From positions 12,772,001 to 12,836,000 of the forward strand of contig CM120641.1 in assembly GCA_051362555.1 (NCBI GenBank): DNA of 64,000 bases, read 5' to 3'. This DNA is from Lingula anatina (lineage: Eukaryota > Animalia > Brachiopoda). Below are positions 13,301-28,139 of the stretch, piece by piece. The notes under the pieces are model-generated. The model was given only the letters and a program-made list of their open reading frames with translations, was not told the origin of the DNA and did not search any database. Within the stretch, counting starts at the first letter, position 1, and every line of letters begins with the position of its first letter. Position numbers and translations under genes: made by a program.

Positions 13301-14157
13301 TTGAAACAGGCAGATGACAAATATCACAGAGATCAGATAGAGGGCTACCCTGGAGATTTGGCTGATCTAGGAAACATGGTCAGACATGTAGGTTATGTGT
13401 TTTGTTAATTTCTTTGGCATTGAAATATTATGCAGAGCTTTTTATACACTAGTGTTAATGATTGTTACATTATAGCTAGAAATGTAGCTTGTCCTTACTT
13501 GTTTTTTTTTTTTTCTTGAGCATCTGTACCTTTTGAAATTATGATTTTTACAACACTACATGGTTGCTTTTGGATTTTTAAAATATTTTTATTAGTTGTT
13601 TTTCAGATTTCAAAGATGGTATCCAATAAAATAACATAAATTACATATAATCAGTAAAAATGTTTTATTGACTATTAATTCCAAAAATTACAAAACATTA
13701 GTACGATGCTGAATTGAAGATAAGAATGGGGAGAAAAAACATTAGTATGATGTTGAATTGAAGATGAGAATGGGGAGAAAAAAACAGTAAAAATAACTTG
13801 TTATTCTTTCAGGATGACTTCCAGATGTGGGATGCAGAGCCAGAGGGTCATGGTAAGGACAGACACATCTTCCTTTTCCCTGACAAACTGCTGATTACCA
13901 AGAAGAAAAAGCCAGCTGTAGAGGGAGAGCTCCCCACTTACATCTACAAGGGAATCATCAATGTAAGTGGTGGTAACTTTTTACTTTGTCTTCTTTATGT
14001 AACTTAAAATTGATTGGAATTGTTTGACCTCTCTAGGCATGCTCTTTTCTTTTTATTACTTAACTTACTTCTTTGAATACTTGGTATTTAAAACATCAGA
14101 CAATGGAATTGTGGTACAAAGGTCAAAGACTGAAAATAGATTTATGTGCCTGTCATA

Positions 14158-14242
<85 letters not shown>

Positions 14243-17200
14243 AAAGCAAAGTCAATTGTCTACTTGCAGCTCCCAGATCTTCAGCTGAATGAGGACGCTC
14301 CAGGAGATGACAGGCGATTTGAACTGTGGTATGCTGAGCCCAGTGTGGAGAAAGTCACCTTGCAGCCAAAGAATGTCCACAAAAAACAGGCTTGGCTCAA
14401 AGACCTTAGGGAACTGCTCACAAAATTAGGTTGGTGAAGACAATTACAGGGGCGGATCCAGAGCTATTTACTGACAGTCTTCTAAATTATCTTTGTTGAT
14501 CCGTCCTGTATTTTTGACCGTCTTCCGAGAGAAAAAATTAGATATCTGTCAATGTAAACTTGAAAATCTGACCGTCTTCCAGAAGACCCAGAAGACGGCC
14601 TCAATCCGCCTCTGAATTAGACATCAGCTTGGCATAATGTATTCATGAATTTTATAAAAAAAAACTACTTCCTGTCTATAAATATATATATATAGATGAT
14701 GATTGCGACTATGATATATATGGCTTGTAAAAATGCTAACATGACAATACTCTGAATGTGCATTCTGTTGTTAAACCTCTTAACAACAATAAAGTACCAC
14801 CTATACAGGTAGACAGTGGGTGTCTGTGTTAGACAATGTGTACAACGTGTGTAATTGCAAGTAGTCAGAAACTCTGGACTTACAAGGACTTAGGCTAGTT
14901 GCTGATAACAAATGAAAATTGTATACTTACCTATGTTGTTTTTAGAACTGCGAAGAAGAAAAATAATATATTTCTTCTAAAAAAATGCTCTTTGGCGTAT
15001 AGAAAAATGATAGACATAAATATTCATCTTAAGTGGATTGTAATTTTTACAGGAGTAAAAGAAACTGACATCCCAGATGAGACCCTGGAGCAGCTGAAGA
15101 CAAAGAAACCCAAGGTCCCTTCAGTCCCCAAGAAGAAGCCAGAGAAAAAGAAAAAGGGAACAGATGTTACTGATGCAGCACCCAAAGATAAGGCTGCAAC
15201 AAGTGCTGAGGGTGAGGAAACTTGATCAAACAGACATTTTGTGATAAAAAGTGAAAATTTCTACACATTTTGTAAAAGTGGAAAAGTATTTTCCATTGAA
15301 ATTTATCAGATTGTATGGAGTTACTTTTGATAGTATGGCAATTGGTCATTAAAAATTTATATTTTGGGATGTCATCAGTAGATTGCCATTGTATTGTTCA
15401 GTATTTAGAACTGATGATTTGATGATGATTTAAATAATGTTGGATGAATGAAAACAATTTGAATGTATTGTTTGGTCATGGATGTGCTTGATGACACTTT
15501 TAACACTTACAGCATAATGATTTCCTTCAGAAGTTTAAAATACTTGTTGCATAAAAACTCTTTAAATGGACCTCGTGAATGTTCAAAAATTTACTACTCT
15601 GCCTCTTTTAACTAAAAAAGCTCAACCTGCTCAGCTGGACTTGCTCAAGTTTTAACAAATCAAATTCCCAGTTTTTTCACTTATCTGTCATCCTCTTCTA
15701 GTATGATGTCTGACATCTTTTTGGCCATTTTGTGTAACTGTTCTGGTGAAATGTTTAAATCTTGGGACAGCTTGTTATGTTGCATCAAGTGGAAATTAAC
15801 AGATATATAACTTGAACATTGAGCTGCATGCCAGGCTCCTATTTCATTTTAACTTGAAGGAGTTTGTTTGAAGTGATAAAGAATTATCAGAACTTCAGTG
15901 AAGATTATATTTGCTTTACTGATAATTTGGTACTTGATTTCATGACTGACATAAATGTATAAAGGGATTGCAGTGGGAAATAATAACAGCAAAAGAGGCC
16001 ACAGTACATGTAATTCTAGTTTAAATAGAAGCAGTTAATTTGCACAGCTTATTAAGAATACATGTAGATCTACTGTTAGTAGGCATGTCAAAAAGACTTT
16101 TGGCAAAATGATAATTCTGTGGTCAAAAAATGATGATACGTTTTTAGTGTGCTTTGACTGTTCATGCCTTCTGAGTGAAAAATATAGAATTATGTGCATA
16201 TGCCATTCTGTACATGAAAATAATGCCCTGTGGTTATTTAAAGTGGTGCTTGGTATTCATCAAATTTTCTTGACTAAAAGCATTTTCCTGCTTTGTTTCT
16301 ATGCATGACTTGCACGTGGCATGCTCTTTTCCAGAATACTTCACTGCTGCCTCGAATGAAAGTGAATATTTTACAGCCCCTGGATTGCCTCCAGAGGATG
16401 AGAGGATGAAACCCAAATTTAAAAAGGCACCATTTGACACCAAGGCAAATGAAGGTGACCAGGTGAAGTTTGAGATCCAGGTCACAGGAAACCCTGAGCC
16501 TGAGATTACTTGGTAAGAGGGGGAAGTGTGATGAAGCTGATATTTTTTCCTATTTGAATGTGTTTTTTTTTTTTTCAAAATGAATGTACTATTCAAGGTT
16601 AAAATCACACTGACAAGACAAATAGTGTTACTTGAAAATAAAAGTAATAACATTGAATAAATAAATGAAAATAAAAATATTAAAACAAAAAGAGCAGAAC
16701 TAAGTTTTGAATTTTTTTACAAGAAAAGTTACTATAATGATTTATTGCTATGATGTGCAGATTATAAGATGAAGAGCAAGAGGTCTGCTAGTCAAGTGAC
16801 ATTGGCTGAGAAGTAGGTATTATAAGCTGAATTAAATTTGTATTTTTTTTTCAGGTTCAAAGGTGCCCAGCAGATAGCAGCTGATGGAACCAAATACACC
16901 TTTGTATTTGCTGATGATGAGTTCATGGCTCTGATAGTGAAGGACTTGAAACTCTCTGATGCTGGTCTGTACTACTGCAGAGCTAAGAATTATGTGGGAG
17001 AGGCAGAGGTCAAAATTAAGCTGGAGGTCAAAGGTCAGCCATATTTTTCTATTTCTGTATAATAATTTTGATTAAATACTACTTTTTATGTATTAATTGT
17101 ACTGACAGTTTTACCTCCTTTTGATCATATTCCAATAATATTTCTTGTTTATATGAATGTTTGTATTAGCCCAGTGACTATAAATTGTCCTAATATTTTT

Positions 17201-20200
17201 TCAGTTTTCTGGCAAGTAAATTTGTGCTTATTTATTTGTTCTTTATAAACATTAAAATTGAAACCTGTATAAATCCAAGATGTTTGTTACCAGGCCAAAA
17301 GAGCAAAGATGCTCGTCCTTCCTTCCCAAGCAAGATGCGTTCCAACATGAACATCACTGAGGGCAACCCTGTGGAACTGAAATGTACAGTTGCTGGGTTC
17401 CCAGAGCCAGACGTCATGTGGCAGCTCAATGGAAAGCCATTAAAACCATCAGCAAATATTGAAATGAAGACCGAAGGTGACCAAGCAGTTCTCAGTATCA
17501 AGAATGCCACCCCGAATGACTCTGGTGTATATACGTGCAAGATCACCAATAAGCTGGGGCATGCCCAGTGCAGCTCCACTGTGACTGTAAAACCAGATAT
17601 GTTTAAGAAGAAAGAGGCCGCCAAAGTGGCCCCTATGTTTACTGCAAAATTCAAGGATGTTGAAGTAACCCCAAAACGTGACACCTACCTGGAGTGTAAA
17701 ATCAAGGGGTCGCCAGCCCCAGAGGTTACATGGTACCATAATAACAAACCTCTGAAGGTAGGTCAGCAGTTTTATTTTGCTCACAATTATATTTATGAAT
17801 CTGTCAGACTTATAATTTATAGAATTGTTTGAATCCCATTAGAAACAATGCATATGTCTTGTGCACTTATACTATTCAAAAGTGGATAAAGATCTTTAAC
17901 ATAATAGTTCCAACTACTCTTGCAGGATGGACATGCAATGTCATAATGTATTTTAGTTACTTTTATCACTCTCATATAATACATGTGATTATTATTATTA
18001 TTAAAGGATTCAAAACACATAAAAATGGAGAAAATTGGTGACATGCATATTCTAAACATCTACAAAGTCACCCCAGAAGATGAAGGGGAGTACACCTGCA
18101 AAGCTGTCAACACGGCTGGAGAAGTGTCTCACAGTGCCCGGGTCAGTGTGGCCAAACCCAAGGAGCCTACCTTCAGTGGCTATGCCCCACAGTTCTCCAA
18201 GAAGGTGTACAACGTGGATGCTGTGGAAGGAGAGAAGGCCAAGTTTGAGTGCAGGGTTATGGGGGATCCTGAACCTGATGTACAGTGGTAATGATGTGAC
18301 TTTTTAGGCACAATTACAACTGAGTGTGGTTTCACAAATGGACTTAGGACCAAAAGTTGGTCTTGGCTTTTAGACCAAAATTATGTTTAGTCTTCTTTGA
18401 TTCGAGATAAATCGGGAAAATTCCACTTTTGAATTAATGAAATATTTTATTCAAAGCGATGAGTACTGTTTTTAGATCAATAGTTTAGTGGACATCTCTA
18501 TATAGATTTATCCTGAACTGGAAAAAAATTGGTCTGAAAGTCCATTTATTTTTTAATTAAACCATTCCCAATTGTCAAGTTGCCAACAGCAAAACTTAAT
18601 ATTTAAAAGTGATGTTAAGAGCATTCACTGACATAATTCCTATGTCAGTTAGACTATTTCCAGTTCATGTTAGACCTGATATCATCTCTTCCATTTCATC
18701 TAAAGGTTCAAGGATAGCCAGCCTCTCCAGCCAGGCCGTAAGTACAAGATGGAGAAAGTGAGAGGCAGTACCACTTTGACCATCAGTGATGTGACCAAGG
18801 CTGATGCCGGAGAATACACCTGTACTGCAGCCAACCCTGGAGGGAAAGTCAGCAGTGCTGCCATGTTGGACGTGCAAGGTATTATTGAAATACAGTATTG
18901 TGTACACTTATTTAGTAATTTTGCAATATCTGCATTAAAATGTTTTGTAGGAGTGGATTTGTGGAAATAATCAAAGTCAACATTTATTGAATACTTTAAA
19001 CTGATTATGCACCTGTATTAATTAAAATTTATTGACTTCTTTACAGCTGCTAAACCAAAAGAAAAATCTCCATCTAAAACCTTTGGTAAGGCTGAAGAAA
19101 AGTCAGTTCTTTCTAAGCAGCCAGTGGAACCAGTTGTTGAGAAAAAAGGAGGTGAGATTTGATATTGATTGATCTATATTCTTTAAGTGGTCATACAGTT
19201 GATTATGAAATGCAATTTATTATGTTTTATTAGGTCTACTAATAAAAAAAAATTGTTGGGCTTTATGCAAGAGGTATGCCTTTCTACATAGATAAAAAAG
19301 TAATTAGATTCTTCCTGATTACTGTAATTTAGTACTCTCACATTGGTGGATTTTAATGTGTGAATTCTATATGACATTTCTGTCAAAAGAGACGGCTTCA
19401 TCTCCATCACCAGAGGAAATATTCATGAAAACTCCAGAACCAACAAAAGAAGCCACACCCATTTTAGAAGAAGTAACAAGCAAAACTGAGATTGAGTCTA
19501 AAATGACAGAAGTCATAAACAAAAAGGAAGAGACAACGAAAACAAAATTTGATGATATAATTGAAACTTCAAAAACTGAAGAATTGATGGAAGAATCAAT
19601 CTCTGAAGAAAAGAAGAGCACAATTATAACTGAAGAGATTATACCATCATCAACAGTCACTGCTGAGGAAAGTACTGTTGAGGAAGCTGAGATAATGAGA
19701 GCTGAACATAGCACAATGGAGGTTATGCTTGAAATGTCGTCTGCTAATGAGGAGCTCTTCAGTGAAGGAGGTAACAAAATCACCACACCTCAGTGTGGAT
19801 CACCGTTTTATCATGATTGTTTGCACATTTTGTCTACTTATTATTCACTATTTCTGTTTTATTTCAGCCTATCAATAAATGTAAGGAAAGATTTTAAGAG
19901 CAGTTTGCCGGTTTCTCAACGTCTAGTAAAATTGATATCCCTTGTTTGGCACTAACATGTTCTTGCATTGTGCCAGGAATAAAAATGCAAAATTTGCTTG
20001 ACTTTGAGAAATAGGTGCTCTTAATCTTTCCAACCTTTCCAGGAAACTCCTGCAAGTACCTTAACAGATAAAATTTCTGAATTTTTTATTTTATGTTTCT
20101 TTTCTGTATTATCACAATTTTCTCCTCTTTCTTTAATTTTCATCAGTTCCACCTAGGCCAGTCTCAGACAAACCCACTATCTCAAAGTACACTGGGGATT

Positions 20201-23200
20201 CCCTTACTCTCACATGGCCTACCACCACACTTCCTCTAAATGCAATCCCCACACCCATCACCTACTCCATAGAGTCCAGGGAACCACCCATACCTTCTTG
20301 GACAAAGGTCACTAGTGGCTTGACCACTCCTAAGTACACTGTTACCAGACTGAAACCTGAGAAGGATTATGTTTTCCGTGTGCGAGCTGAGAATCAATAT
20401 GGCCGCTCTAAACCTTCACCTCAGGCTACAACTGCTCTTCAGAAAAGGCCTGGTAATAACTGTCTTAGTTTTTAGTCGTAGTTCTAATTGTTATATAGAA
20501 TCTTTCTGTTAGTGCTTGATATAAGTTTATAAGGTGTTTGTTTACAATAATTCATTTTCTTTTGATTAATTTATGTCAAGGTTTTCCAAATTTTATTGTT
20601 CATTTTGCAATTTTTTATGCAAAAGTAGGTATCTTCAGTAAGTGTTATAGTGAGACAGATCAATAAAAGATTAAAGATCTATTGAATTCAAATATTACTT
20701 AAAATAAAAGAATTACAAAAATATCTGGAATATAAAGAAAAAAAAGCACCCAAAGGTTGCACTTATATTATTGTTAAAAATCTCATTAATGATAATGCCA
20801 AACAGAAAAGAAGTGAATTTTAAACATTTCAGAATTGTTGGGCTGTATACATGAATGTAAATCTAGTATGTTGGTAAATACTTGTAGCAGAGACATCAGG
20901 ACTGCAGTATGGCAGAGATGGCAGTCTACCCAGGATGGATGAACTGGGATATGTGCCTCATGCTGGAGATCTGTATGTGCCTGCAACACCCTATACACCT
21001 AGAGGTAAGGTGCCTAGGATAACACAGAGCTAATACAAGTTAATTTGTTTTGTTGTTGAATGAATAAAATTGCTTTATAGAATATAAATTGTTTTTTTTT
21101 TCATACCATGCGATGAACATAGTCCTGAAATCTTATTTCTTTTTTGGAAAATTACATTTTAAAAACTCCAAAATATTGAGATAACATTAGATGTTAACTG
21201 AAATGCCTTATCTTTGACATAGTCCGCACTCCAGTGATTGAGCGCCCGAGGATTGAAGATTATGCTGACCGCTCCATCAAACTGGCATGGTCACCTCCCC
21301 ACATCCCTGCCCTGGAAGAGAGGTACCGTCTCCCCGAGTCGCGCACCTCCACTCCTATTTCTGTGGCATACACCCTGCCATCTGGGCGCTCGTACATGCC
21401 CAGACCTTCTGTGGAGTCACATGACTACAAACTAAGCTCGAAGCTGCCTGAGGCTGCTTCTTATGCAGTAGAACCACCCAGAAAGTTCAAGTACATCATT
21501 GAAGGACGAGAACCACATGTACCAGAGTGGCGCCGCCTGGTGGACAGACTGCCAGACACTCTGAGTTACAGCATTAAAGACTTGACCCCTGAAAGGGACT
21601 ACATGCTGAGAGTGAGAGTGGAAGATGAAAAAGGCCTGAGTGAACCTTCTTTACCAGTGCTTACAGCTCTGCACAAACCTAGAGGTAAAGGTGCCTTTCT
21701 TTTGACGTCAGCTGAATTAAAATTGCCTTACAGGACACAAAGTGTGCTGCTTTTGACAATGTTATGTACAGTAAGATATGGAAGCATGCAATGATTTATG
21801 ATTTAGAACTTGCATGTAAGATTAAAGAAATAATGTTTGTTGCATTTATCTTTTACTCATTTTTTCATATTTTTACAAATAATTGAACAAAATCATTGTT
21901 ATGATATAATAAGAATTCAAATGAAATTTCATTAAATGCAACATATAAGGGTACAGTAAATCAGTATTTGGCAAATTTTATTACTATAGTAATTGAAGAA
22001 TGTCTCATTATGCTTTTCCAGACAAGAGAGCAGAAGAGATACATGTACCACCAGAGTTCCCCTACCACGAGCCTATCATCACCAACTTCACTGAGAGATC
22101 ACTGGAACTGTCCTGGTCTCCTGCTCGTTTCCCAGACAGAGCACGAAAGACACCCATCAGATATGTGGTAGAAATCCAGGAAGCTCCGTCGTATGACTGG
22201 CGAAAGCTGGTTGACGGGCTGAAGGATACCACCTTTACTGTGCTCACACTGAAGCCAGATAAAGACTATGCCTTCCGTGTCAGGGCAGTGAATGACTATG
22301 GAATCAGTGAGCCCACTTTGCCTGTGTCCACAGCTTATTTGAAGAAGCCAGGTAAGTTATTGTGATAATATTTTTTTTTCTTATTACTATTAATATTGTT
22401 TTGTCAATACAAAATTATTATTAATGAATATATTATGCATATAATCAGAAATAAGAAGAAAGATATGCAACCTAATGTTGAAGCTGGTAGAGCTTGTAAA
22501 ACCACCCAGTGCTTGTGTGGCAGAGGTGCCACAATATGTACGTACTATTGTTATAATGTAATTTTGCCACTGTTAGTCAGATACTAACTCTTACAGTCAT
22601 ACTGTATGGATCAGAATTGGCTGTTATTTCATATGTACTGGTGCCATTATTGTATAAAAAATGCATCTGGCAATTTTAAGGAAAAAAATAATAATGCCAA
22701 AATGTTGCAAGATGGCCACTCACAATTATATTTACCTTAATTACAACCTCGAATTGTTTTTTCCCATTGAAATAAAATTATGTTTTTTATAATTTTTTTT
22801 CATTCCATTAGTCCCTGCTCGCAAAGTGCTCCCCCCACCTCTCTTACTTATGGACCACCCCCTTATCACTGACCTGGATAAAGACTATATCCGCCTAAAG
22901 TGGATCCCATCCTTCCCAGCTGATGCCCATCAGACCTATACCATTGAAATGTCCGAGCCACCTTATAATCAGTGGCTGACCATCAAAGGTGCTGTACAGG
23001 GCACGGAGTACACACTGAGAGATGTGCGTTCGAACAAAGACCGCATGTACAGAGTGCGTGCAGACGGACCGTATGGCCCTGGCGAGCCATCAGAACCAGT
23101 TTCTGCTAAATTGTTCATGAAGCCAGCTGAAGGTACTACACTGGTTTATTGTGAGCAAGATACATTCTGGGAAATTGAGTAGATATGTTTTGCTTTGAAG

Positions 23201-26200
23201 TTACTTTTCATAACCTATTTTTGACTTGTTTCTTTTCCCTATTAGTTTACAGAATAATATTATTTTACAGACTTCCTTTTCTGCTTTTTCTTGGCTTATA
23301 TTCTTTACTGGTTGTTATTTTATTACTGAAAGAACTCTGCTGCCATGTAAATCTTTTGTCAGCCTGTCACATATTTTTAAGGGACAATCCAGTTTTTATT
23401 TACACTTTTTGAAGAAACTTTGATTTTCAAATAATTTGTCACATTATTTAGTACATCTTTTCTTCATTCTTCAGCTGCACCTGAACCTATCCCCCTTGCT
23501 CCCCACCTGTTTGTGGATAAAATAGATAACAAACGTATCTCGCTGGGTTGGTCCCCCACCAGACTGCCAGCATATGACCATTTCTCATCTGTCAATTACA
23601 CAGTGGAGGTCAGCAAGCCACCACACTATGAGTGGCGACCTCTGGTGACCAGAATTAAAGACACTTACTTGAGCATTGACTTGAATGAACCACACAAAGA
23701 CTACTATTTCCGAGTACGTGCAGAGAATGATTATGGTATCAGTGAACCATCTCATCCAATTGCCACTCGAGATTTTTTCAAAGATAGGCTGGAGCCATCA
23801 AAGAGCCTTTTGCCAGATCACAGGAGGCCGTCAGAGTTTGACAGAAAAATGCCTGCTGCCTTTGATCTGGCCAGACCACTCACTCTACCAGAGTTGCATC
23901 ACCCTGGGGCCTTGGGACCTGGTCTGGATGGACGTGGTCAGTTGGTTCCCTATGGAGGCCCTGACCTGGGACTGGACACTATGTTTACACCAGTGTTGCC
24001 AGACACCTCACAATACAGAGGTCTGGACCTGGCTCCGGAACAGAAACTTTACAAACCACCATCTGTGTACAGGCATGCCAAGTTTGATCTGATCATGCCT
24101 CTATCTTCACCTTACAAAGGATTAGACTTGGCCACTGAGGTGTCACTACCAGCACCTCCAATGCAATACAAGCCAAGAGAAATGACAGTTCCAAGGCAAG
24201 TGCAAAGAAAAATGCGTGCACAATCACCTGTCATCACTATTGATGTCATATTGCCTGGAAGACAGGAAAGGTCAACTTATCAGCCGTATGTACCACATAG
24301 CCAGAAGGCTGTTAAAATTCCTGCTATACCAGCAGCAGTAGTGGAATATAAATCACCACCTCTTGTTGCCCACACGGCAGTAAAACCAGCAAGGTCAAGG
24401 AAAAGTTTGGCTGATAAGTACAAGTCAGATCTTGTACCATATAAACCTAAAACATTGGACTGGGATATGGAGTCACCTGAACGTGGATCTGTCTCTCCTC
24501 AAAGAGGACGACTAGCACGGACACCCTCTTTACCCCCTTACAGGCCTTCCTTACCGTCCATTGAAGAACTGAAAAATAGAATCCCATCTTTACCATCTTC
24601 AACCTTACCCACTGTAGACACTGATATATATCAGAGACGCCCCTCTGTTCCTGACTTACGTCGCTCTCGAAGACCATCTGTTGTGGCGGCAGATCTGGAT
24701 ATTTCTAGCAGGCGCCTTTCTGTGCCTGACGTAGGACTAACTAGAGTACCATCTGTCAGAATGGAGGATCTCGACTTAAATGTTTATCGTAGGAGACGCA
24801 CATCTGTTCCTGACTTGAAATTTGACAGGGCATCATCTGCAGTTCCTGATATTGAAGAACCTCTGTATCGCAGACGTCCTTCCATAACTGGAGCATTGCA
24901 GCGGAGAATGGGGGAGCTTCCTGAAGACAACACTTATCGTTTGGAATTTGAAGATTTGTTGTACTATAGACGACCTTCTGTGCCTGACTTACCCTACCAA
25001 CGACGATACTCTGTCCCTGAATTACCTAAAAGACGCCCCTCCACCCCTGATTTGAAAGGTACTGTTTTTCTTTTAGTTCAGTCCTTTTTGTGAACCCTAT
25101 TTTATGTTGCAACTGAATCTGTTGATATGTAAATGCTATTTTGCATCATCAAAAAAGTATTGATAATTTGGCAAATGTTGTTTGCCTGCGAAAAATGACT
25201 TTTACAGATTCTTGCACTGGGACTCTCTGACACATGTATTTATATCTAGCTTTACCTGTTTATTTCTTTGGAATTGCAAATTAAGCACATTTTACTCTGA
25301 AAAATATCCCAAAATGTGTCTACTTGATTTGGTATTTTATTTTTATTTGAAAAGCTTAAATACATTATTTAGGTGCAGGGCATGATTTTGATACCAGTAT
25401 GCCAACAAGAAGAGCAATGGGAGACATGGGTAAGTGGGTGTGATAGACAACAATGGAAACTGTGGCATGGATGGTGGCATTTAAAGGCATACAATGGGCA
25501 TTAATTCTTTATACAGTATAGCAAAAAAAATTTTTTTTTTCAGGAAAATTTTGGAATATTTACCTTTATCACAAAAGTATAGCCTATCCATAAACATCAA
25601 GAAAATTACAATATATAAACCCATTTTTGAGTTATTAATTTCTCATTTCTACCATCATGATTGAAATTTACCAGCCTCTGTCCCAATTACTAGCATGAGG
25701 GTGACTTTAAAACTGGAAACCTATGACTCAAACTCACACGGGTTAATGGATTGCAAATCTGTGAATAGTTTTGTTGTTATTCCTTGCTGCATGCATGATA
25801 AATGGAAATTTTTGAAATTTCAATGATATTTGCTATCCAAGAACTAATGCTCATTATATGCCTTTGCTTATAAATGATTTGTGAAGATGACATAGTGTAT
25901 ACGATATATGTATTTCAGATTAGAAAAAAAAACTCATAAAAATACATAGAAATAATGTTGTCATGGGTGCACCTCAGATTTAAGTTTGTGATCATCAAAT
26001 ATAACTTCAGATGCTCCGCGGGTGATCCTGGACAAGCCTCGTCTTGAGGATCTCGGAGATGGCAGCATTAGAATTACATGGACCCATAGCACCTTACCTG
26101 GGTTCAGCCCACGGACTCCAGAGATAAGGTACATCATTGAGGTCAGTGAGCCACCAAGCAAAATATGGAGGAAAGTCATAGGGGCACTTGCTGAACCTAA

Positions 26201-28108
26201 TTATGTAATAAAAAATCTGCGTCCTGATCAGGATTATTTGTTTAGAGTTAGAGCACAAAATGACTATGGAGTAAGCGAGCCATCGCTACCAGTTTCTACA
26301 TTTTCACTGTGGAGGATTCAAAAGACCCCATACCATCCAATCACAGGAGTGGATATTACTTTTGATAAAGGTAAGAACTAATTTGGCTTTAATTCTTTTT
26401 TCACATTCATTAGTTAAAATGTTCAATGCAATTTAAATATTGTTACAGTACAATAGATGGTTTTTGCCTGCATTTTTTGTTACAGTAATAGTTATATAGT
26501 GCAAAAGAGAATTGTGTGTGTAATTGCAAAGTAATCTGTCAAATTATCAAAGTTCTTGGCTGCCTTTTTTCTTTAATTTAATTTGAAATAAAAACAAAAC
26601 TAAATTGATTCAATGATGTGCAGACATAGTGGCTGTAATAACAATGATAATAATAATGATGGTGATAACCTTTCTCTCAACTAGAAAAATTTTTACAATA
26701 GTCCTCAGGACTATTAAAACAAAGCAAGATAATGATAAAAGATTGCAGATTAAGTAAAAAGTTTAAACAATATGAAAGTTACAGACAAAATACACTTTTG
26801 ATTGTTTATTTAGTGCCTCCTCGGTTAAGTGAGAAACCTTACATCACGGGCTATGACAACCACTCACTACGTCTCCACTGGTCACCAGTGGTCATGCCTG
26901 GACACCTTGGGTCACCACTGGTCACTTACACTATAGAGATGAGAGAGCCAAGTCAGCAGTGGAGAGAACTGGCCACTGGAGTCAATGGGCATCACTTCAG
27001 TGTCAACCATTTAGATCCAGAGAAGGATTACATGTTCCGTGTCATCCCTGTCAATGAATATGGACCTGGTGAACCCTCTGTGCCTGTGCCGACATATTTG
27101 TATAGGAAAAGAGGTGAGTGCTTTGCCATTGGTTCTCCTTACTTGTGACATAGAGGGCATTCTGTTCAATCACTTATTCTTTGCTACACAGACATTATAA
27201 ATTAAAATGAAAAAGGAAGGATCATTAAGTAGAGCTTTCACAAGACATCCATCCTTGTATCTTTTGGTTTCCTTTTGATTGTGTATTTGAAAAAGACAAT
27301 TCACTATACCAGTTTAGTTTTTGATTATATTTTGAAAACAAAAATTAGAAAAACAAAAGCTCATTTGGTTGATAGTGTGGGCCTTGGTTTAAAGACTTGG
27401 TTTATGTTTTCTTCAGCTCCATTTGATTATCGTCCATCGCCAGATTTTTACAGAGACAGGAGAGCTGAAGGTAGGTGGTGGGGAGGTAATAACCAGCTTC
27501 TTTAGTACAAATTCAAATAGTGTATTTGCATTTATATATCTGAATATTCTATGGAGAATCTCTAATCTTTCTATATCATATATTAAAACTTCTGAATGTC
27601 AAGCAGGTATTTGAGTGTTATTACTACATTTTTGGAAAATCACAGTTGAAGTCCTTTATGTATTTGCAAAAATTATTTTGATCATAAGAATTTGTTTTTA
27701 CAATGCTTTTGATTAATATGATTGGTAAATTTAAAGTCTACCTTAGAAATGCTTAATACTCTGCGATATTTGCCTGAGAAAACATTCAGAATTTTCAAAT
27801 CGGTATATTTGTAGAAATAAATTCTCTGATATCTAATGATACAATACTGCACCCATATTGGCTGCAGACTATTTCTACATTTTCTTAAAATCAGCTGGGC
27901 TTTATCTTCTATTCACCAATATTTTCCTCCAAAGATGTCAAAAATGCTATCTTTGATATTTTGGCAACTGCACTTATTTATTTTAAGTTAACTGATTTTG
28001 AATTTACAGCAGTTCATTCTTTGAATCAATTAGTTGAGTAATTTTTAATAAGGACAATATTGGTGATTAGATTTCACTTTCTTTTCTCTTTGCAAGTGTC
28101 ATTTGTGC

Positions 28109-28139
<31 letters not shown>

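Noticed and set aside
14159-14269. CV/RE repeat peptide in the ORF track
   Set aside because: Translation of an intronic microsatellite; the real exon starts at 14270
17232-19786. Long minus-strand ORFs (17232-17684, 19367-19786; also 49719-50315)
   Set aside because: Antisense shadows of + strand coding exons
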